Assembly (NCBI GenBank): GCA_032718475.1
Contig: JAUCBJ010005217.1
Span: 1-58,164 of the forward strand
DNA: 58,164 nt
Direction of reading: 5' to 3'
Source: Nemertoderma westbladi
Taxonomy: Eukaryota > Animalia > Xenacoelomorpha
In this document: one piece after another, positions 36,660 through 47,400 of the stretch
Layout of the letters: each line of letters opens with the position of its first letter
Numbering within the stretch: the first letter of the stretch is position 1
The notes under the pieces: model-generated
The model's database searches: none
Seen by the model: only the letters and a program-made list of their open reading frames with translations
What the model was told of the DNA's origin: nothing
Program-made: the position numbers and the translations under genes

Positions 36660-38433
36660 GTTTGATTGTACAGTCGAATGCCTACTGCTATATTACAGTT
36701 AAAGCAAGTCTAGTAATTCAGTATCACTGTTAGCCTAATAATTAATTACCGATACTGCTACTCAGTGTAGCGTGATATATATATAATATATTAGAATACC
36801 GGTATGCTTATAATATATATATAAGTATTATTACAGACTAGATTTGTCACAGAGTACCGGTATATAATTTTAGCACAAATATATATAAATATATAATAGG
36901 CCTATCGTGAATACCGGTATACAGCTGACACTTATAGTATATATAAGTATAATTATTACTAGAATTAATTACAGAATACCGGTATGATTTCAGCTCAAAT
37001 TTATAGAAATAAATATAATAAGCCTATGGTAAATACCGGTATGTCAATTATTTTAGAATAATTGAATTTCTGAATATTTTAGGGTTACTTGGTTACTTTA
37101 ACTTACTTTATTACCGTTATTTAAGCAGCAGTCCAACTGATATTGAGACCTAGTTGTTGTATGGCAGGCCTACTATTTATAAATCGTTTGAGTTGATTTA
37201 TAATATTTATATACCCGTTTAAAAGGGTTTTGTCAATATTTGAAATAAATGTTATTATTTCTGGGGGAGTCACTACACAGAAGCTGTGCGCTCTCAGTGA
37301 AGTGCTACCTATGGGACACTAAAACAGATAATTCTAATTTACCTAAGTTACTTAATACTACAAATTACTTACGATACGGGTGAGATTAAATCTCTAGTTA
37401 AACACAACAAAAATATTACGTACGAATTTTTAGGGTAATTTTACAGGAAGTCTACAAACCAGCCTAACAAAGGGTTAGAATTCTGGTTATTACAATGGAC
37501 AGGGTACTACGGTATTTGAAAATAATAAGTAGTAGTAAATACACTGCGTTGTCCAGATAGGAAAATACCACCGCCTGACGACCTATAACCGTATCGCTAT
37601 AGGTACTACGTTATGTATCACGGAGTGTTCCTACCCAGAAGTTAATAGAGCTAACGAATGTGCCTATCAACCACTTTACAACACAAATATACGGCCTACA
37701 CACTAATTACTTCGGAAAGCACTGTACACTAAACCCTAAATTAGGTACAAGTACCGGTATAACAAATAATCAGTAGTTAAATATACTTGAACAGTTAAAA
37801 GAACCACGGCATCTGCTGGAGTGACCAGGGCACAAAGTCACCAGTCTTGTCCTACGCCAAGCAGCCCGTGTAGTACCGGGGTTAATTTAACTATAACGGT
37901 ATGTGTAACAAACACAATTACTGTAGGAATAAACTTGGGGGCATGAATGTTGCGAATAATCGCATAAACTCTGAATAATAAATATTACGCTACCCGTACA
38001 GAATACTCAAACAAATACAAACCAAAACGCTGGCAGACTACCACCAAGCCTAAATAAACTACCGTACGTGTAGATTCTGAAATAGTTAGTTAGTATGCGT
38101 TCTAACACGGTAGTACGACTTATTCTTTAAGAGGGGATTGACCTTACTGCTATGGCTGCCCCAACTTACTAACGGAGCTTTATCAGACAAACTCTACACA
38201 CGCAGCAATCTCTTCAGACCTAATAATAGCTAGACAACAATCCAGCCTACAAAATATCTGAGTAATCTGAGCAGACTTACACGTCTTCAGCTCAATATTA
38301 ACTTACTAGGAAATAAAACTGACAGAAAGAAGTAAACTATACAAAGGAATGAGGGGTGATCAATCCCTATTCCCCTGGCAGCCTACAATATACTATAGAT
38401 CACAATCGAAATAATACTAATGTACTTATACTG

Positions 38434-38560
38434 GAAGTACCGGTTAGGACAGTTGGGCCTACAGACCTACAGAAGTACCGGTTCTGACAGTTGGGCCTAC
38501 TGACCTACAGAAGTACCGGTTCTGGCAGTTGGGCCTACTGACCTACAGAAGTACCGGTTC
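38434..38560. repeat. 38-bp tandem repeat (~3.3 units) in the LTR-element leader
   Basis: GAAGTACCGGTTCTGACAGTTGGGCCTACTGACCTACA repeated. Confidence 0.9.
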
Positions 38561-38614
38561 AGGTTTACCGGTTGACCGGTACTTTCAACTTTATTGCTTA
38601 CTGCAATAAAGTCA

Positions 38615-38625
38615 ATGACTGTTAT
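38615..38625 (-). promoter_or_regulatory. PBS-position 11-mer ATAACAGTCAT complementary to an LTR-internal site (candidate self-priming PBS)
   Basis: Abuts the 5' LTR end; no TGG; perfect complement of minus-strand ATGACTGTTAT at 39390-39380 (and 30027-30017). Confidence 0.65.
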
Positions 38626-39869
38626 TGTACGCGCTTTTGAAGACCTTTAGCAGTTTAACCTGCCAAATTTTATATGTCTTTTGGTTTATAAATCGACTCT
38701 AGAAAATGACAATATTTAATACCAATAAACACAACATTAGCAGAAGCCAGCCTAGTGCGCGTCCATTCACCCGCTGGATAATCCCGGGAGACTGGATTCT
38801 GAGGGCTTAGATTATTATTGCAGTGAAGCTTACGGTATTGTATTATTCGATTGATCGTTAATAAATAATTTCTGACTAATATTATTCACTTTCGGGAAAT
38901 ATTAACAGTTCCTTTAGGACGTGGCGCTCTATCTAAGTAAACAGAGATATGACTTATACTAATCACAACGGTAAGTCGGTAAGGCTTATGATTCACGTAT
39001 GAGGCGCATTCTTTAGGAAATGCTTAGTTATCAATCACAATCATGCACACTACCGGTAACACACAATACTGCCCACTAATTTGCCGACCGTCAATGATTT
39101 TTATCATATATAAAGAGAACAGCAACGGACCAATGTAGTGCTTATCAAATAGCATTAAATTCACTACAAACCACAACAATATAAGTCGCAATCGCTATAT
39201 ATATAACCCGCCTCTCTAACCTGTAGTGTATCAAGAAAATTGGGAAATTTGGGTTCTTTATAAATGTTCTCCAAATAATATTCAATCCACTGATATAAGA
39301 TATGACAACAGTAAAACATTAAGACGGTTAAGATATGATATGCACTGATATGGACCGATATGTGAGTTGTTATGAACCGATAACAGTCATACGCTCTATA
39401 ATCTTAAGCCTACTAATGTTTCTTTCTAGAGCCGTTGTTTCTGGCTTAGACAGCAATAACAACAAAGTATCAGTAAAAAACTGTAAGACTGAACAATCCC
39501 AGTATGATCGGCTCAAAGCTCCACATTGACAGAGAGAATCGCTCTGATTGGCTGAAGCCAAACAAAGAACCATGCGTCCAATGGCTGTTTCCATTTAAGC
39601 AACCAGCTGCTAGATGTCGTAATCTGAATCATCACGGCTAAGCTGTGTAAAAGTATTTGCCGTATTGCGGGTTTTTTGCCTTACCATGTCCGCTAAAACA
39701 CGTATATAGCAGAATGACTTTTATGTCCGTTAAAACACCTGTAACGGTACCTTGCGGGCGAGGGGAATATATATACAGTTAGAGAACCTTTTTTAGAGTA
39801 TTCCAGCGCCTGGGGGGAAACTGGATTGCGAAGCAAAGGGGCCAGTTATATCCCACAGAAGCTTTTACA
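38626..39869 (-). repeat. 5' LTR (1,244 bp)
   Basis: Direct repeat of 29259-30506; minus strand TGTAAAAGC...GCGCGTACA. Confidence 0.97.
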
Positions 39870-40461
39870 CCAATGCCCTTTAAGGTGCGTCTCAAGAAAG
39901 TCACGGGATGTTGTGCTGCATGCTTATTAACTCCATGAGGCTGCCAAAGTACAAGATTATGCACTGGCTGGTGCTCACGGCGAAAGCAATGTCCGTCAAA
40001 GCGGAGGCGGCTCCGTTAAAGTGTCAAACTGGGGGGGGGGGGGGGGGGGGGGCTGATATTGGAGATGTGTTCATTTCCATAACACAATGAACCCGGCGTA
40101 GCATTCTTGTGTACGTGTCTTCCAGAGATTCGGTGTCCTCAGCAGTTAGATGTGGGCATTGTACTTGACACAGTGAACCAGGCGTCGCATTCTTGTGAAT
40201 GTGCCATCCAAGATATTTATTATTGATAGTAACAATGTGTTGGCAAGCTGTGTTTTTCGAGGTGTTTGTTATTATACATTTATAGGAAGGGATCTAGGGG
40301 TCTTAACCTCGAATGATAAGTTTATTTTACCGAAAATAACTTATCTTTTATTGGCGCATTTGTAGGACTTATCCCATCACATGCGTACTTTTAAACCGGG
40401 TAGTGTATAACTTTAGGAATCGCGTAACATTTATTGAAATTATTATCTCATATCTCTCCAA

Positions 40462-40504
40462 ACCATGTACGCGTTTCGACCTTACTGGGTCTCATCAGCG
40501 TGGT
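40462..40504 (-). ncRNA. Minimal type I hammerhead ribozyme motif
   Basis: ACCACG-CTGATGA-GACC-CAGTAA-GGTC-GAAA-CGCG-TA-CATGGT: intact core, 4-bp stem II, palindromic ACGCGT helix III, GUA triplet, stem I 5 of 6 bp. Confidence 0.85.
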
Positions 40505-40567
40505 GTCGGATTCGAACCTGGGACCTCGAGGTGGAAGCCGAGACTACAACCACTAGGCCACAGGTTC
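40505..40567 (-). other. tRNA-derived Pol III promoter head (Gly-TCC-like loop)
   Basis: A-box TGGCCTAGTGG, anticodon-like arm CTCGG-CTTCCAC-CTCGAG, B-box GGTTCGAATCC; acceptor stem does not pair. Confidence 0.8.
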
Positions 40568-42863
40568 TTGAAATATGGAGTATTAATTTCAAAGCCAGTT
40601 GCCATTTTTATACGCATTTTTGTACGCATGTGATGGGATTTGTCTTACAATTGCGCCAATAAAAGATAAGTTATTTTCAGTAAAATAAACTTATCATTCG
40701 AGGTTAAGACACCTAGATCCCTTCCCACAAATCCAAAGATTTGGTGTCCTCAGCAGTTAGAGCCCAGCATGGACTCCCATAGAGGAGTTCTGGAACTACT
40801 GCTGCTCTAAGTAATCGGTCCTTAAGTTTCCGATTAATTCTCTGTGTCTTCCAAATCCTGGAAAGCCCATTCAAGGCTGCCCATGCCTTTCCCTTACGTA
40901 TTCGAAGGTTCTCACCTGACTTCCGGATCCATGATCCCAGGTATCAGAAGTCGTCCACATGCTCAAGCATACCATCTTTTGAGCTTATGCTCATCCGATC
41001 AGAGACTTGCTGAGGACTTTCAAAGTTAACTGTCAAAATTTTGGTATTTTGGAGTTAATAAAAAGACCAACACTAGAAGCAGCCTGTTCTAATGAGCTGG
41101 GGAGCCGTTGGGCTCCCTTTAGTGATTCTGAGAGTGCTCCTAAGTCATCAGACTTCCAGATTTCCTCGACTTCTGGAGCCAGTAGGTGGAGTTACCATCA
41201 CCCCATCATCATTATGCTGATCTAAGGACATGCGTAGAACATAGTCAACCACAATTATGAACAAGAAGAATGGTGCAAGTGTGTCTCCCTGAAGGACGCC
41301 CCATAATACTTCAAATGGTTCTGTGTCACCGTCAACAGTAGACACAAATGTTGTCGAAACATCGTATACTGATCTGATTGCTGCAATAATTTCATCAGGA
41401 ATCCCATATAATGAAAGTATGCTGAACATACTTGACCAAGAGACTGAATCAAAGGCCTTGAAGGAATCAATAAAGATAACAGCCAGATGCCTGTCTTTCT
41501 TTTTTGATAACTCTTCAATTATCCTTCTAAGGGCCAAAATGTGCTCCATGGTCCCACGACCTTTACGGAACCCATTCTGATTTCCACGGAGCAGTCTCTC
41601 AATGGGATCCCTGATGCGATTTAATATAATTATATTGTATAGCTTTGCAGCAATCGAGATCTATGAGATTCCCCGAAAAGAACCATAGAGTTTTAGGTTG
41701 CCCTTCTTGGGAACTGGCACCAACTTATTTGTTTTCATTTCTTGTGGGACTCATGTTGTTCGGTACATGTCTAATATGATGGGATAGATGAGCTTTAAAC
41801 ACTCAGGTATTTTAAAGACCTCAGGGGGACATCATCTACTCCACTGGCACGATTGGTCTTAATGCTCTTTGCAGCAGCCTTCACTTCTGCAAATGAGATA
41901 TCGCCAATGGGAATATCTGGGAGTACAGACTCAGACACTTTTACTTCTATAATGTTATCAGGCAATACCGTGTCCTTATTGAGGAGCATTTCAACGTGGG
42001 CCTTCCAACCATTGAGGTGATCGGCCGGTGATTCTGCCTTAACCTTGGTGGTTGGTTGGCTTTTCCACCCAGTAAGCAAGTTGATCGATTTCCATGCCTG
42101 GGATGATTGCCTGCTGTCGTCAGCATCATTATGCTTTATACTTTAATATACAGTAAATGTAATACATTATGATCTTCTTATCATATCATTCATTTTAAAT
42201 ATAGGCCTATTACAGTAGTTGTTGCGTACCGGCAGTTATTGTTCAATATCACGCTTGCTTGGTGGCATTCGGGGTTGTGCTGAAGGAAGCACCAATCATA
42301 AGACGTGCCGCGGAGTCACTTACCGACAGCAACTGTCGGTGGTAATCCGATAAGTTCACTTGTAATTTAATTAAAATAGCCCAGGAAGAAACCTTTCCCG
42401 TCCCTCCGGGGTATCAGTTTCAAATAGTCGCACTTATCTGTCAGTCGATTAAGGGAATAACTCGCTTTTAATGAGATGCAACTAGCCTAATGTTTTTGAT
42501 ACGCTGTAGAATTCACACAAAAGTCACGCTTCTAAACTCAATGCCAAATCTCCTACATCGCAGACAAGAGGACTTGGTTCTTCTGATTATTTAATGAAGA
42601 CTCTACGTGATTTACGTCATTATTAAGAAAATCATTTTTTTTACACAGGAAGGTGACAAAGTATGCTTGTGTCCTTTTCATTCATTGGCTGGCATCTGGC
42701 ATTTATTTGTGAACTTCAGAGGACCAAATCCCACAAAGTGATGGATAGTATAAATGATATTGATTTGCTGTGCCCTATATGTTAATACGATGCGATTGAT
42801 ACGATTCCATCTATCTCTATATTGTAGGCTCTATACAGTATCATCCAGTTGGCCTTTGTTTAC

Positions 42864-43006
42864 CGAGTTGCCGAAACGCATTTATCAGTTTGCTTAAGCG
42901 CATCCTGTTAACAGTTGCCGAAATGAAACAATGAGTTGCCGAAATGCGACCATGTTGTGTCTTGTGACCATGTTGCCGAAACGCGACTATGAGTTGCCGA
43001 AACGCG
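42864..43006. repeat. Five spaced copies of GTTGCCGAAAYG (likely MITE subterminal repeats)
   Basis: Copies near 42868, 42914, 42935, 42972, 42993 with irregular spacing. Confidence 0.6.
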
Positions 43007-43244
43007 GCTCTAACGATACTATAAGCTGCCGAGGGATGTAAGGCATCGACCCGTTCTGGCTAGTCCATTTAAACCATTCTTTGCTATATTATTACATTAT
43101 TTGCAGGCAGATAATCTAATATTTTATTTTTTTTGTAAATCCCCAAACTTGCAACAACTAACATACGTAAGAGAGTTTAATTGAAAAGGATTATAGAACG
43201 GTATGCTCATCTTTTTTGTGAAACTGCTGTAAGTTAGAAATGCT

Positions 43245-43745
43245 GTGTGTCAATTTGTAAGCAAAGCATTTATACAGAAACAGATATTAAAAATAACTGA
43301 TATCGGAATAGGAGCTCCTTGGGAGTTGAGCAAAAATATTATTGGAAAATCCATCTGGATTTACACTCAATCTTCCAAAAGAGACGTTGCAATAAATAAT
43401 TGTATAATTATATATCAACTATTATTAAAATATCCAGACTTATTAACAGATGACGTCACCACCAGATACCGCGAGCACCGACTCGAGCGTGACAAATACT
43501 TTATTACTTTCTGGACGGACCCGGATTTAAGAATTCCCTTTGGACCCGGTCAGCGTAATAGACACCGTATTACTCGCGATTCCGCCCATCATGGGTTCCA
43601 CCACCTCATCTGCCTCAACCAAACGCCGTTCCACCCGTTATCGCCCGACTGTATTTGTCGCCACTGTAACCTCTCCTGTAGAAAACGCTATCACGCACTG
43701 AACTGTAAAGATTGCCCTCCACTTTCCCATCTCGCATCTCAATAA
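43245..43745 (+). pseudogene. Possible C-terminal fragment of a LINE ORF2 with CCHC finger
   Basis: Open frame ending CICRHCNLSCRKRYHALNC, followed by an AT-rich UTR-like stretch; no ATG start. Confidence 0.4.
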
Positions 43746-46364
43746 TATTAATAATTTTATCTTTATATTTGTGTATATTATTATATCTGTAATTTTTAAT
43801 GATTGTCATTTAACCCCGCATGGGGGTGTATCATTATTACTGTATATCAACTATATGGAGAGGCTCCGAATATAAATGCCGAATCAATTACTTCGTCACA
43901 TAATAATGCTGTGCATCTAAAAATACATCCACTCACTCTAACGAGAATCGAAACATTTCCGATGCCTGTAACAGTTCACATCCAAAATGTCTCAGCATTA
44001 AAAACCTGCGTAGAGGCTTTAGTACATGGCGAGTGAAAATTGTTAATTCCGTAACTTTGTGTATTTATATAAGTCCGGCTCCCCTCCAATCCCTTACCCT
44101 ATGGGCCTATGGCATTGCGGTTAATCCGTATTGTGGCGTCTTTCTCTCGTTTTCTAAAGCACTGTATAATTGTAGCATCTGGAGAAAAATCAATAGCAGA
44201 TTTATTAATTTTTACGGAACACTACGGGTAAATGCAGGTACTGCGTTATTATCTCGCGTAAAAATGTTGCGGAAAATATTAGAAAATATATTTGTTCCCG
44301 AGAACGGATATATATATACCAGATTTATCTTTTTGATTCATGAGGCGCATATATATATATTTATATAATTCCTTAATAAAACATAAAAGCATATGTTTGC
44401 ATGCTAAAATGGATGTACAAACTAATAAAATAGTCACACAGTAAAAATGTTGTAAAAACATCATACTGTACAGTGTAGTGTACAAGCATCGATAACTGGA
44501 ATAATTAATGGATGGAGGCGTTAATTTCCAAAACAATTGGAGGATAAAATAAAGTATTAATTAATAAATTAGCAAACAGATATGTACCCGTATATATATA
44601 TAATATATGTATATAATTAATTATGTATAAGTTAAATTTGAGTTTATGTGAAGTTCATCCGGAGTACTTTAAATAAAATATATAGAAAGCATTCATAGCT
44701 TACAAATTAGAAATTAATTAAAATAAATTAAAATGCTGGCGCGAAATAGCGAAATAAGGCCCCGGGAACTTTGCCGGATTTAAAGCTGTCGTGGTGAAAT
44801 CTGTATAGGCCTCAATAAGACCACAAGAGACTTTCAAACAATTTTTTTGCGGAACAAAGACTTCTCTCACATAATCAAGTTGATATGACGATTGTAAGCG
44901 CTCTCTTGTGTAGAAAATCTGGCCTGCTTTGAGTAGATGACTGACGGGGAACTTTAAGAATAATATTTGTTATTTAGTTTGCCTGAAGAATGGGTTGCCA
45001 CTATTTTTAAAAATAAAATTCGATATTTTAAAAAAGGCACTCTAGATATTTTTAATCGCAAAACTGCAAAGTTAGAAAAAGACTGTCGTATTTTATTATT
45101 ACAGACACTACTAACTTTCTTTCTTTCCAAAAACGTACAAATTGTTGGAAAATAGCGGACAGTTACTCTTACTACAGGTTAATACTGTATGTAGGCCTCC
45201 AGCACAGTAAGAAAGTCCTTAAATATTTATCTTTGAAAGCACAAAACCGTGATAAAAGTTTTGTCTGGTCAGTTTTTCATTTACCATTTCAGCAATTTTC
45301 ATGTTTGACTAGGCCTACTCTGTCTGTCTGTCTGTTCAGTCTGTTTCTATTTTGGTTGGTCTGTCTGTCATATTATAAGATAAGCACGCACCAAACGTTT
45401 TGATATGGGAATTTTCCTGGTTACTAATATACAGTAATTTCCTATGTCAATTGTAAAGGTTGATGGCGATCAATCAGTCTGTTGTCTGTCCGTTTGTCGG
45501 CTACATTTTGAGGGAGAGACCGACAGATAAACACTAGCATAAAAATTATTACATGATTTTTCATCCACCTCTATATGAAACATCACTTGGATATGAAACA
45601 GTATACAATCCCGGATGGCTTCTATTGGAGTCAACCAATTACTGTAGTTAGTTTAGTTGTGTGAGTTTCTGACGGTGTTATTATTCAATATGCGGAAGTG
45701 TAATCGAGTATGATTACTTATATATCCTTAAACCTTAAAGAAAACAAAAAGTCCAACCATCATAGCGACAAGTTAATTATCTATAACCGTGTAGGATAAT
45801 ACAGTACAAGTAGAAGTAATCTGTCAAACGCAATAAGCAGATTGTAGAGTAGATGGTAAAATAGCAAGGTTATCTATCTACTGTATATTGTATTCCACAC
45901 GTGACCTTTTATAATATATAGTCGCAATAGTGTACAATATTCACTGTTTGGTGGTTCCGGTCGAGGGACAGTAGTAGCTGACACATCCATCCGTGTTTGC
46001 GAATGCCGATCTAGACAGATCTACAGTAGGGGTGTTTGGTTGAGAAACAGATGTGGTGGGTTACCGTAACGGTAGGCCTAGGCCTACTGGCAGTATAGGG
46101 ATATAATGTACTGTACGTGTAATTGTAATTTTAGTTGCTAGGTAATGATAGGCCAAAACAGGTGTTGCTGTGTTTATTATTGAATGTTTATGAGATTTGA
46201 ATTTGAAAGTTTGTGTAATTTTTATTCATATACTGTAGGCCTACTGTATGACACTTTGGAAGTTTTCAAAAATATACACTAGCTAACTGATGTATCACTT
46301 TACTTTCAACCAAAATCACGCCTACCCCTTCTATTACAATATCATAGAGTAAATTGTACTGTGG

Positions 46365-47400
46365 GGCGAGACACGTAGTCGGCGAGCCTTGGCATACGGT
46401 TCATATAGGGCAAATGGGGCATGTCCGTCTGTCCGTCTGTCTGTCTGTCCGTCTGTCTGGTAAATGTTTGAACGCGAATTTCTCGGCATCGCTCGTTCGG
46501 AATTGAACCAAACTTAGTAGGTAAGCAGTAGAGAGAAAGTTTAGAAAGTTTGTAAAGTTTGGTGAAAAATCATGCAGTCTGACGTCAGCTACGACAGATT
46601 ATGTGGTTTTTAGAAAATGTTAAATTTCTCGGGAACGCCTCATTTTCCTGAGCTGAAATTTTGGTTACTTGTAGATAATCATGAAGTCTATCTTTTACGA
46701 AATTGAAAAGTTAAGACATTTAATTGGGGATCCGCTAGAGACTCCGAAGTAATGACATAGGCCTACCGGTACGGTAGGCCTACTGCTGTACCTATCAGTA
46801 GTGATTACGAAATTGCAGTATAAAACTTTAATACCTTCAATGGCCAGCTCGTTACCTCGAGCGGTGTTGGCTGAGTGGATAAGGCGTTGGACTAGCCATC
46901 CAATGGGATCTTCTCGCGCTGGTTCGAATCATATCTCTGGCAAAACTTATTTTGCACGTTTTTTATATTAAATTCTTTAAAGCCAACAACAATTACTAGA
47001 ATTAAACCAACTTTTATTACATCATATATGCAGTCTATTAGAAATTTAGAAATAATCTGAGTTTTTATCAAAATAAGACTGTCGGACACTCGGTACCGGT
47101 AGTTTCAGACTTTTGATAAAAACTAAAATAAGTCGTTCAATCAAATGATGAATTAAACCAAACTTGTACGTATGCACTCCATTAAAAGTTTGGAAAGTAT
47201 CTGAAGTTTGGTCAAAAATAGGTCAGTCGGTACCGGTGGTTTCAGACTTTTTATAAAAACCGAAATAAGTCGGGCAATTGCAGTTCAGACTTTTATATAA
47301 ACCGAAATAAGTCGGGCAATTGCAGATTAAATTAAACCAAAATTTGTACGTATGCACTCTCGTGCTGCGCGAAGTCCCCACGAACGTGTACCTTTACCTA
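46365..47400 (+). mobile_element. Probable HINE/DINE-1-like (Helentron-associated) element with internal ~120-bp repeats
   Basis: 5' CGAGAC..GTCG hairpin, (GTCC/GTCT)n at 46423-46458, core AATTTCTC..GGAATTGAACCAAACTT repeated at 47150 and 47330. Confidence 0.5.
46861..46930 (+). pseudogene. tRNA-Ser-derived pseudogene or SINE head
   Basis: TGGCTGAGTGGATAAGGCG, arm TTGGA-CTAGCCA-TCCAA, long variable arm, GGTTCGAATC; 3' T-stem and acceptor strand lost. Confidence 0.7.

Larger units (their letters stand above)
29259..39869 (-). mobile_element. BEL/Pao LTR retrotransposon, non-autonomous deletion derivative, recent insertion
   Basis: TG...CA LTRs, TSD CCAAT (29254-29258, 39870-39874), BEL-type Gag and protease, PPT-like GGGAGCGG next to the 3' LTR. 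Confidence 0.95.
40215..40730. mobile_element. Composite insertion with ~104-bp inverted arms (40285-40388 / 40622-40725)
   Basis: Flanked by ATCCAAGAT / ATCCAAAGAT (imperfect TSD) inside the RTE; arms differ at about 6 positions; minus-strand end AATAATAAAT. Confidence 0.8.
39875..42128 (-). mobile_element. RTE family B LINE body (decayed RT), 5'-truncated
   Basis: HILALRRIIEE, FIDSFKAFDSV, GVLQGDTLAPFFLFIIVVDYVLR, ASGVDDVP; matches 10925-11430 in reverse; interrupted at 40215-40730. Confidence 0.9.

Noticed and set aside
38434-38560. Leader repeat as the source of the 26-bp or 38-bp satellites
   Set aside because: Shares only short words (CGGTTCT, GGCC, CTACAGA) with the 26-mer and only its length with the 38-mer.
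42864-43006. CRISPR-like spaced repeats
   Set aside because: Repeat only ~12 bp, spacers irregular and partly repetitive, eukaryotic context, no cas genes.
46861-46930. Functional tRNA with altered anticodon (Ser body, AGC loop)
   Set aside because: T-stem and acceptor stem cannot pair; pseudogene.
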